64,000 nucleotides of DNA. Origin: Actinomycetota bacterium. GTDB lineage: Bacteria > Actinomycetota > Acidimicrobiia > Acidimicrobiales > Aldehydirespiratoraceae. The stretch's first letter is position 1. Each line of letters begins with the position of its first letter. Positions 18,006-26,040 of this stretch are shown piece after piece. Made by a program: the position numbers and the translations under genes. The notes under the pieces are model-generated. The model worked only from the letters and a program-made list of their open reading frames with translations, ran no database searches and was not told where the DNA came from. The DNA lies in contig JAPOHW010000017.1 in the NCBI GenBank assembly GCA_029979265.1, forward strand, positions 3,047 to 67,046, read 5' to 3'.

Positions 18006-19384
18006 CCGAGGACTGCTGCGGCCAGTGCAGCAAAGCGCAACACCGTGCGGTCGGACATGAACGGACCAACCGCTTGCATCCCGACCGGAAGACCGTCGGC
18101 TGCCAGACCGGCAGGAAGCGACACGGCCGGCTGGTAGGTGACGTTGGCGATCCCGGCCCAGAACCACTGTTCGACCACGGAGCGTTCGACACCGTTGACG
18201 ATGACCCGCTGTTCGGCGAACGAACGCTCGTCGTGCGGAGGTGCGGTGGTGGGGGTGATCGGCGTCAGGAGAAGATCAGTGGTGCGGAAGTAGTCCCGCC
18301 ATCGCAGTCGGATCCGTTCGCGTGCGTCGTTGAGCGACATCCACTCCCGGTGCGTCATCCGGAAGGCATGGGCGATGAGCGCGTCGTAGTCGCGACCGCC
18401 CTCGTCGTAGCGGGCCAGATCAGCGGCCGGGGGAGGGGAGTTGGGTCCCGACGCGGCAGCGCGTCCGAGTTGCTGTCCGATCGCCTGACCGTCGACGAGC
18501 ACGTCCATGGGCGGGGGCTCGACGAGCCGCAGACCGGCATCGGTGAGCTGGTCCAACGCAGCCTGGATCGTCTCTGTGACGGCCACGTCCTGGTCGCCGA
18601 CGGGGTTGTCGAGCAGGACCCCCACGGTGAAGTCCGCCAGCGTTGTCTGTGACGGCTCGGGCAGCGAGATGTGGGGCTCGTGCATCAGTGGCAGCACGAG
18701 TTCGAGATCCTCGACGGTGCGGGCAATCGGTCCGAGCACGTTGTTGTCGACCGCTCCCTCCTGGCCGGGGAACGTGTGCCCGTGCTGCGAGACCAAACCG
18801 AAGCTCGGCTTCAATCCGACCACACCCGTATGCGCGGCGGGCCACCGAATCGAGCCGCCGATGTCGCTGCCGACCTCGAACGATGCCATACCGGTTGCGA
18901 CCGCCACCGCCGATCCCCCCGACGACCCACCGGGTGTACGGGCGACGTCCCACGGGTTGTTGGTTCGGCCATGGATGGGGTTGAAGGTCTGCCATTCGGC
19001 AAGATGCCGCGGCACGTTGGTTTTGCCCCACACGATCGCGCCTGCAGCACGGAGCTGCGCCAGTACGGCGGCGTCTTCGTCGGGTCGGTGGTCGGCGTGG
19101 CAGGGATCGCCCCATGTGCTCGGCCGTCCGGCCCAGTCGATCGAGTCCTTCACGGTGATCGGAAGGCCGCTGAGTGGCGCGCCGGCTGCGCCGGATGTCC
19201 GTGCACTGTCGGCCGAGCGAGCGTCGGCGCGTGCGGCATCGATCTCTTCGTGCACGATTGCGTTGAGTGCTGGATCGTGGCGCTCGTACTGAGCCACGCA
19301 CGCGTCGAGCAACTCGACCGCCGACAGTTCACCGGCCGCAAGGAGTCTCCGTTGCTCGGTGGCGGAAAGCAGCGCAACATTCAC
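17972..19384 (-). CDS. Amidase (amidase-signature family)
   Basis: 470 aa with the AS signature GGSSGGSAVAVA and Lys/Ser-Ser context (ITVKDS). Confidence 0.9.
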   Translation of the reverse strand: MNVALLSATEQRRLLAAGELSAVELLDACVAQYERHDPALNAIVHEEIDAARADARSADSARTSGAAGAPLSGLPITVKDSIDWAGRPSTWGDPCHADHRPDEDAAVLAQLRAAGAIVWGKTNVPRHLAEWQTFNPIHGRTNNPWDVARTPGGSSGGSAVAVATGMASFEVGSDIGGSIRWPAAHTGVVGLKPSFGLVSQHGHTFPGQEGAVDNNVLGPIARTVEDLELVLPLMHEPHISLPEPSQTTLADFTVGVLLDNPVGDQDVAVTETIQAALDQLTDAGLRLVEPPPMDVLVDGQAIGQQLGRAAASGPNSPPPAADLARYDEGGRDYDALIAHAFRMTHREWMSLNDARERIRLRWRDYFRTTDLLLTPITPTTAPPHDERSFAEQRVIVNGVERSVVEQWFWAGIANVTYQPAVSLPAGLAADGLPVGMQAVGPFMSDRTVLRFAALAAAVLGCPLTTLHARW

Positions 19385-19458
19385 GGCCGATTGGCTACCA
19401 GCGAACGGAGAAGTGCGCCACCATTCGACCAGACTGTGTACTCGACGGAGGTGGGGCG

Positions 19459-20277
19459 ATGGGCCTGAACGACGAACAGTTTGCGCACTATCGCGAACAC
19501 GGTTGGGTCGCGCCGGTCGACGTCATGAGCGAAGCCGAGGCAGGCGAGTTGTTGTCGGTGCTCGAGCGAGCGGAGGCCGAACACCCCGGCGACCTGCATC
19601 CCGAGCATCGCAACAACGCACATCTCGCCTTCCCGTTCCTGGCCGACGTCGTGACCGACGCGCGCATCGTCGACTGTGCCGAGGCGATCGTCGGGCCCGA
19701 CATCGCGCTGTGGTCGACCGTCCTGTTCGTCAAGGAGCCGTCGTCGGCGGGCTATGTGAGCTGGCATCAAGACGCCTACTACATGGGCCTGGAGCCCGAT
19801 CGCTTCGTGACGGCATGGCTGGCGCTCAGCCCGTCGACCCTCGACAGCGGGTGTGTGTCGGTCATTCCTGCGTCGCACCGAACCCGAAGGCCGCACGTCG
19901 ACCGCTATGGCGACGACAACATCCTCACGAGAGGACAGGAGGTGGACGGGGTCGATGCTGCCACGGCGGTTCACCTGGAGTTGCGCCCCGGTCAGATGTC
20001 GCTGCATCACCCGTGGATCATCCACGGCTCCCAGCCGAATCGGTCGGCGGTGCGCCGAGTTGGTCTGGCGATGCAGAGCTACCTCGCCGGTGAGGTCCGG
20101 CCCGTACGAGGTGAGCACCAGGTCGTATCGATTCGCGGTGCCGACCCGGATCCTGCATTCGCAACGGTGCCACTCCCGACCCAACTCGACGACACCGCTC
20201 GAGCGGTGCGAGCGGCCGCCAACGCTGCGTTGTCGTCGGTGCTCTACGACGGCGCCGACGAAGTGCGGCGCTTCTGA
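19459..20277 (+). CDS. Phytanoyl-CoA dioxygenase (PhyH) family Fe(II)/2OG oxygenase
   Basis: ATG at 19459 is preceded by ggaggtgggg. H-x-D (WHQD) plus distal His (HGSQPN) and Arg (RR) context. Confidence 0.8.
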   Translation: MGLNDEQFAHYREHGWVAPVDVMSEAEAGELLSVLERAEAEHPGDLHPEHRNNAHLAFPFLADVVTDARIVDCAEAIVGPDIALWSTVLFVKEPSSAGYVSWHQDAYYMGLEPDRFVTAWLALSPSTLDSGCVSVIPASHRTRRPHVDRYGDDNILTRGQEVDGVDAATAVHLELRPGQMSLHHPWIIHGSQPNRSAVRRVGLAMQSYLAGEVRPVRGEHQVVSIRGADPDPAFATVPLPTQLDDTARAVRAAANAALSSVLYDGADEVRRF

Positions 20278-20278
20278 C

Positions 20279-21052
20279 TCACGGGAGTGGGCAGCCGAAC
20301 AGCCGACCGAATGCGGCGAGATCGTCATCGACGCCGGCGAGACGAAGCAGGTGCCAGACGAGCGCCATGTTGCTCGACACGATCGGCACCCCGAGCTCGG
20401 CTTCCAGCTCGGGTGCAATGTCGAGCACACGCAGGCTCGTGCACGAGACGAAGACGGCATCGCACTCGCCCTGACCGACGATGGATCGAACCCCGGCTGC
20501 GATCGAGGCTGGTGAGATGCGCGCCACGACCAGGTCGCTCGACTCGGTGAACGAACCGAGTCCGGTGACCTCGAGCCCTGCTGCGGTGAAACGTTGGGCG
20601 ACCGGCGCGGTGACCTCGGCGGTGTAGGGCGTGACGATCGCAATGCGGGTTGCGCCGAGTGCGTGCATAGCGGTGATCGCGGCGGTGATCGGTTCGGTGT
20701 TGGGAACACCGGGGTGGGCGGATTCGATGCACTCCGCCACCCCCTCGGAGCCGATGAGGGTCGCTGCCGATGTGCAGCCATAGCCGATCGCGTCGAAGGC
20801 GAACGCCTTCGGCAGCAGTGCAGCTGCGGTCGGGAGCCGGTCTTTCATGGCGGTTAGGGTCTCGTGGCTGACCTCGGGTTCCATCGCAATGCGCGAGTGG
20901 TAGGTCACCACGCCTTCGAGTCGTCCGACGACGGCCTGGGCCTCGGCCTCGATGGTTTGGTCGGTCTCGAGCACGATCAGCCCGATCCGAGCCCGGTCGC
21001 CGTAGCCCTCGTCGGTTTCGAAGCCGAGGCGAACGAGTTCGGGCAGTGTCAC
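20279..21052 (-). CDS. Asp/Glu-racemase superfamily protein (maleate isomerase / EutA-like)
   Basis: 257 aa with two catalytic-type Cys motifs, YGCTSA and VSCTSL. The GTG at 21052 overlaps the upstream stop (GTGA). Confidence 0.8.
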   Translation of the reverse strand: MTLPELVRLGFETDEGYGDRARIGLIVLETDQTIEAEAQAVVGRLEGVVTYHSRIAMEPEVSHETLTAMKDRLPTAAALLPKAFAFDAIGYGCTSAATLIGSEGVAECIESAHPGVPNTEPITAAITAMHALGATRIAIVTPYTAEVTAPVAQRFTAAGLEVTGLGSFTESSDLVVARISPASIAAGVRSIVGQGECDAVFVSCTSLRVLDIAPELEAELGVPIVSSNMALVWHLLRLAGVDDDLAAFGRLFGCPLP

Positions 21053-21948
21053 GTGGCCCTCCGGACCCGCCCGTCCTTGTCCTGCTGGTCGAAGAACGAT
21101 GCCGTTGTCGGCACCTCGGGATAGTCCATCTCGTAGGAGGAGCAGCGCACCCGATTGGTTCGTTCGCCGCGCACGACCTCGCCGTCGAAGGACGACGGCA
21201 GATGGTTGACCTGGAGCGGCTTGGAGTCTTCGGCCCGGTACTCGCTGATGAACAGCGTGCGAGGCTGGTCGGACTGATTCGGCGCCGAGCCGTGCAGCAG
21301 ACGGGTGTGCATGAGGCATGCCGACCCGGCCGGGCCGTGCACTGGGATCGCCCGGTCGACATGTGCGGTTTCGACCTCGGGGGCGACGGTGCCGGTGTAC
21401 ACGCCGTCGTGCCAATGGTCGTACAGCGGCCCGGTGTGGGTCCCGGGTACGACGTTGAGCGGACCGTTCTCGAGCGTGACGTCATCGAGGAAGAAGAGGC
21501 AGGCGATCAAGTCCTCGTTGGTGTGGGGCTGGAACATGAAATCCTGGTGGTACTTCACCTCGGTTGCAGTGCCCGGATGCTTGGCGTTGATCTTCGAGTT
21601 GTTGAACTCGATGTTCGGACCCACGAGTTGGGTGACGGCGTCGAGCGCCCGGTTGTCCCGCATGGCCGAGAGGTACGCCTCGGAGACCTCGACGGGGGAG
21701 GCGACGCGACGCAGGGCCGGATGGTCTGCGCTGTGGCCGGGCTGAAGGTCGAAGCGAGGGCGTCCGTCCTGGGTGATCCCGTAGGGCTCGGTGTGCTCGC
21801 GGCTCTCGTCGACCCAGGCGGCAAAATCGGACCGAAGTGCATCGAGCTGCGCAGGGGTCAGCGCGTCTGCGACGAACACGTACCCGTCTCGCCAGTAGGC
21901 GTCGATCTCGGCGTCGCTCAGGACGGGACTGGTCGAGATGTTCGTCAT
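21049..21948 (-). CDS. Phytanoyl-CoA dioxygenase (PhyH) family Fe(II)/2OG oxygenase
   Basis: 299 aa. YHQDFMF (H-x-D), VVPGTH and LLHGSAPN motifs. Confidence 0.8.
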   Translation of the reverse strand: MTNISTSPVLSDAEIDAYWRDGYVFVADALTPAQLDALRSDFAAWVDESREHTEPYGITQDGRPRFDLQPGHSADHPALRRVASPVEVSEAYLSAMRDNRALDAVTQLVGPNIEFNNSKINAKHPGTATEVKYHQDFMFQPHTNEDLIACLFFLDDVTLENGPLNVVPGTHTGPLYDHWHDGVYTGTVAPEVETAHVDRAIPVHGPAGSACLMHTRLLHGSAPNQSDQPRTLFISEYRAEDSKPLQVNHLPSSFDGEVVRGERTNRVRCSSYEMDYPEVPTTASFFDQQDKDGRVRRAT

Positions 21949-21958
21949 GTCAGCCTCC

Positions 21959-23113
21959 TCAGATGATCGGGAGTTCGGGGTCAGCGCGGCGGCTCAGCCA
22001 CTCCGAGCCGTTGGTTCCGACGACGATATTCTCTTCGTGCACCATCGCCTTGCCGGGGGCCCAGACCAGGCCGGGCTCGAGGGTGAGCACCATGTTCGCC
22101 TCGATCGGTGTTTCGTCGGTGGCAGTGTGTGAGGGCCATTCGGTGACCTGCATGCCCAGACCGTGACCCATACGACCGACGTCGTTCCCCAGCGACCCGT
22201 TGGCCTTCAGCACCTCGTTCATCGCCCGAAAAACGTCGCTCGTGGTGGCGCCGGGCTTGCATGCCTCGAAGCCGGCTTCGGTCGCTTCCCAGACGGCCCG
22301 ATAGGCGTCCTTGGCCGATTGATCGGCGTGCGTGAAGGCGAAGTTGCGGTCGAAATCGGAGAAGTAGCCGTCGATGGTCGAGCCGGTGTCGAAGATCAGC
22401 AGATCACCGTCGGTGATCACTCGGTCGGATGGTTGTCGGATGATGTCGTCGATCCCACCGGGACCGGTCGCACCGACGAGATAGGGCACGTCGTCGGCCC
22501 CCTGGGCAAGGATCTCGGCCCGGAAGGCCTGGAAGGCCTGCCGCTCCGTCATCCCCGTCGACACGACGTCGGGGAGCCGATCGAAGGCATCGGACACGAT
22601 CGAGCAGATCCTGCGATGCTTCTCGATCTCCCGGTCGGTCTTGACCATCCGGAGGCTGCGGATGATGTCGGTGACGTCGACGAAGTCGCCGAGCGAGGAG
22701 CGAACGCGGTCGAGGTCGGCGAGTGGCATACGAACGTGCGTCTCCGGGCCCATCGGCAGGCCGACGGTGGCGTCGGGGCCGACCAGTTCACGGACGGTGT
22801 CGATGAGAAGGCTGACGCCGTCGTCGTCGGGACGTGGTGACGACCAGGTGCGAATGTCGTCGATCCATGTGGCTGCCATCGATGGCGCGCCGATGCCGGG
22901 AATCACGGCGACCGGCTTGCCGGTCACGGGAACGACGGTGAACCAGGGCCGGGTCGGGCTCTGCCAGAACGGTGTGTGAAACCCGGTGAAGTAGCGCACC
23001 TCGGGTTCGGTGCAGACGATGAGCGCGTCGATGCCGCGCTCGCCCATGAGCGCCTGGGCGCGCGCAGTACGGGCTGCGAATTCGTCCGGTGGGAAACCAC
23101 GCTCGTATGCCAT
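21959..23113 (-). CDS. M24 family metallohydrolase (Xaa-Pro peptidase / DoeA-EutD-like) with creatinase-type N-domain
   Basis: 384 aa with the pita-bread metal ligand pattern: DTG..DGY.SD.D, GHGLG, LEPG and HEEN. The ATG at 23113 was chosen. Confidence 0.85.
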   Translation of the reverse strand: MAYERGFPPDEFAARTARAQALMGERGIDALIVCTEPEVRYFTGFHTPFWQSPTRPWFTVVPVTGKPVAVIPGIGAPSMAATWIDDIRTWSSPRPDDDGVSLLIDTVRELVGPDATVGLPMGPETHVRMPLADLDRVRSSLGDFVDVTDIIRSLRMVKTDREIEKHRRICSIVSDAFDRLPDVVSTGMTERQAFQAFRAEILAQGADDVPYLVGATGPGGIDDIIRQPSDRVITDGDLLIFDTGSTIDGYFSDFDRNFAFTHADQSAKDAYRAVWEATEAGFEACKPGATTSDVFRAMNEVLKANGSLGNDVGRMGHGLGMQVTEWPSHTATDETPIEANMVLTLEPGLVWAPGKAMVHEENIVVGTNGSEWLSRRADPELPII

Positions 23114-23145
23114 CGTCTCCCTCGCGTCCCCCGTTGTAGGTTGCT

Positions 23146-24330
23146 GTGGTGAGCACGGAATTCTCCCTGGAAGCGGTGCGGGCGGCAACCCCCGGAGTGG
23201 ACAACGTCATCCACGTCAACAACGCCGGTGCAGCGCTGCCGCCATCGGTCGTGACCGATACGGTCGTCGATTACCTCCGCCGAGAAGAAGCGATCGGTGG
23301 GTACGAGACGGCCGACGAGCGTCACGACCAACTCGAGGCGGTGTACGACTCGCTCGGTGCGCTGGTCGGCGCCCCCCGCGAGCACATGGCGGTGATCGAG
23401 AACGCCACCCGAGCATGGGACATGGCGATCTACGGGTACCCCTTCGAACGAGGCGATCGAGTCGTCACCTGCCGGGCCGAGTACTCGAGCAACGTCCTTG
23501 CCTTCCTGCAACTCGAACGGCGGTTCGGTATCGAGATGGTGCTGATCGATGACGACGAGCACGGGCAGATCGACCTCGCACACCTGGATACCGAGTTGAC
23601 CCGAGGTGCAGCGATGGTGGCGATGACCCACATCCCGACCAGTGGCGGCCTGATCAATCCGGCCGAAGAGGTCGGCGCGCTGTGTGGCGAGCACGGGGTG
23701 TTCTTCGTGCTGGATGCCTGTCAGTCGGCGGGTCAGGTGCCGCTCGATGTCGGCACCATCGGCTGCGATGTGCTGTCGGGCACCGGTCGCAAGTACCTGC
23801 GTGGTCCGCGAGGCACCGGGTTTCTGTACGTGAGCGAGCGGGCGCTCGACGTGCTCGAACCACCGTTCATCGATCTGCACGCGGCCGACTGGACCCGCGT
23901 CGACGACTACGAATGGCGCCCCGATGCTCGTCGCTTCGAGAACTGGGAGACGTACTACGCAGGCAAAGCCGGTCTCGGCGCTGCGGTGGACTACGCCCTG
24001 GGTGTCGGCATCGAAACCACGGCGGTCCGAATCGCCGATCTCGCAGCGCGATTGCGCAACGGGCTCGGGTCGCTCGATCGGGTTGCCGTGCACGACAAGG
24101 GTGCTCGCCGGGGAGGCATCGTCACGTTCACCGTGGACGGGGTCGATGCGACGTCGGTGCATGCGCAGTTGCTGGCCCGCAGGATCAACACGTCGACGTC
24201 GGGGCCGGACCGTGCCCGTCTCGACCTGGAGCCCCGAGGTCTTCCGACCGTCATCCGGGCCTCCACCCATTACTACAACAGCGAAGACGAGATCGATGCG
24301 GTGATCGCTGCCGTCGACGAGGTGCGTTGA
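23146..24330 (+). CDS. Class-V-fold PLP-dependent enzyme (aminotransferase / desulfurase-like)
   Basis: 394 aa. LDACQSAG and SGTGRKYLRGPRGTGFLY (PLP-Lys context). GTG start lies 32 nt from the divergent M24 gene. Confidence 0.85.
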   Translation: MVSTEFSLEAVRAATPGVDNVIHVNNAGAALPPSVVTDTVVDYLRREEAIGGYETADERHDQLEAVYDSLGALVGAPREHMAVIENATRAWDMAIYGYPFERGDRVVTCRAEYSSNVLAFLQLERRFGIEMVLIDDDEHGQIDLAHLDTELTRGAAMVAMTHIPTSGGLINPAEEVGALCGEHGVFFVLDACQSAGQVPLDVGTIGCDVLSGTGRKYLRGPRGTGFLYVSERALDVLEPPFIDLHAADWTRVDDYEWRPDARRFENWETYYAGKAGLGAAVDYALGVGIETTAVRIADLAARLRNGLGSLDRVAVHDKGARRGGIVTFTVDGVDATSVHAQLLARRINTSTSGPDRARLDLEPRGLPTVIRASTHYYNSEDEIDAVIAAVDEVR

Positions 24331-26033
24331 CGCTCCCGTCCTTTGCCCGCGACGACATCGTCGCTGTCGCCCTCGCGCCGGGGGTCGGGCTCGGTCTCGC
24401 AACCCCGTCTCGGCGGTGGGCGATCCCGGCGACTGACCCGGGGGCGGTCCTTGGGGCGATCCATGGGGATCGCGGACCTCGCTGGGTCTGGTGGGGGAGA
24501 GACGCTGCCGCCGACCCGATCGCGCGCGCCGGGATCCCCGTCGATCGTTGCTGGGATGTCTCGGCCGTGCATCGGCTGCTCGAAGGTGGGTGGCGAGCCC
24601 CGCTCGGTCTCGTGTGGGCGTCCCTGCGCGACCTCGACCTCGACACGCTGCCGCAGATGGGCCAGTTGGGGCTGCTCGACGGGGCCGTCGACGAAGGTGA
24701 CCGTGATCAGCCGCTGCGGCCCGACGGCCATCTGCGTCCCGAGTGGGTCGACGGCGGATTCCGTGAGACTCCCGAGCGACTTGCCGCATGGGCGGCTCTT
24801 GCCCTCGATGCAATGCGCGTACAGGAACGCCGTCTCGCCCGCCGAGCCGAACCGGAGCAGGCGATGGCGACGGCCCGGTCGGAGTCGGCCGCCGAGTTGC
24901 TGTGCGCAGAGATGACCGCGCACGGTCTCCCCGTCGACGAGGCGGAGGCGCGCCGGCTCATCACCGAGGCGGCGGGTGAGCGTCCGTCGAGCGTGGCCGA
25001 CGAAGATGCTCGTCGGGCCGAACGCGACGACCTCGTGCTGCAACACCTCGACTCGCGTCGGCAGGTCAACCTTCGGAATCCGGCGGAGGTCAAGGCCATG
25101 CTCCGTCGCGAGGGGTTCGACCTCCCCGATACCAGGGCATGGCGAATGGAAACCCTGCGTGCGGATGAGCCGCTGATCGACGCACTTCTCACCTGGCGCC
25201 GGGCCGAACGCATCGCCACCACGTACGGGTGGCGTTGGCTCGACGAACACGTCCGTGCGGGCCGACTCCGCGGCGAGTGGGCCGGGTCGGACGGTGCGGC
25301 GGGCCGGATGACGGCGTCGGCCGGCCTCCACAACCTGCCGGCGGTGATGCGACCCCTCGTGGCTGCCGAGCCGGGTCATGCGCTGGTTCGGGCCGATCTC
25401 GGCCAGATCGAGCCGCGAGTGCTTGCTGCCGTGTCGGGCGATGTCGGTCTCATTCGCGCAACCCGCCAGGACGACCTGTACGCACCGGTGGCTAGCGCGC
25501 TTGGCGTCGAACGAGACATGGCCAAGGTGGCGGTGCTCGGGGCCATGTACGGCGCCACCACGGGCGCATCGGCCGGTGCGCTGGCCGGGCTGAGGACGAA
25601 CTATCCGGTTGCGATGGAGTTGCTGGAGCACGCCGCAGAGTTGGGCAGACGTTCACAGGACGTCTTCACCGTCGGCGGGCGCCGGGTGCGAATGGGCGTC
25701 ACCGGCGACACCGACGGCGACATCGACCGAGCGGTGTCGGCCGCCGCGGCACGGGGCCGCTTCGCACGAAATGCCCTCATCCAGGGGGCGGCGGCCGAGT
25801 TCTTCAAGGTCTGGGCGATCACGGTGCGTCGTCGGGGCCGACCGCTCGAGGCGGAGGTCGTTCTGTGCCTCCACGACGAACTCCTCGTGCACGTGCCGGT
25901 TGCGCACGCCGATGCTGCTGCGGTCATGGTCGAGTCGGCCGTCCATGAGGCGGCGCGGTACTGGTCACCGCAACCCGATGTGCGTTTCGTTGCTGATGTG
26001 TGTGTGATCGACCGTTGGTCCGAAGCGAAATGA
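24327..26033 (+). CDS. Family-A DNA polymerase, Klenow-like, with a vestigial 3'-5' exonuclease domain and no 5' nuclease domain
   Basis: Motif A DLGQIEPRVLA, motif B RDMAKVAVLGAMYG and motif C LHDELLV. The TTG at 24327 overlaps the upstream stop (TTGA); the start is uncertain. Confidence 0.75.
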   Translation: MTLPSFARDDIVAVALAPGVGLGLATPSRRWAIPATDPGAVLGAIHGDRGPRWVWWGRDAAADPIARAGIPVDRCWDVSAVHRLLEGGWRAPLGLVWASLRDLDLDTLPQMGQLGLLDGAVDEGDRDQPLRPDGHLRPEWVDGGFRETPERLAAWAALALDAMRVQERRLARRAEPEQAMATARSESAAELLCAEMTAHGLPVDEAEARRLITEAAGERPSSVADEDARRAERDDLVLQHLDSRRQVNLRNPAEVKAMLRREGFDLPDTRAWRMETLRADEPLIDALLTWRRAERIATTYGWRWLDEHVRAGRLRGEWAGSDGAAGRMTASAGLHNLPAVMRPLVAAEPGHALVRADLGQIEPRVLAAVSGDVGLIRATRQDDLYAPVASALGVERDMAKVAVLGAMYGATTGASAGALAGLRTNYPVAMELLEHAAELGRRSQDVFTVGGRRVRMGVTGDTDGDIDRAVSAAAARGRFARNALIQGAAAEFFKVWAITVRRRGRPLEAEVVLCLHDELLVHVPVAHADAAAVMVESAVHEAARYWSPQPDVRFVADVCVIDRWSEAK

Positions 26034-26040
26034 CGCTCGG

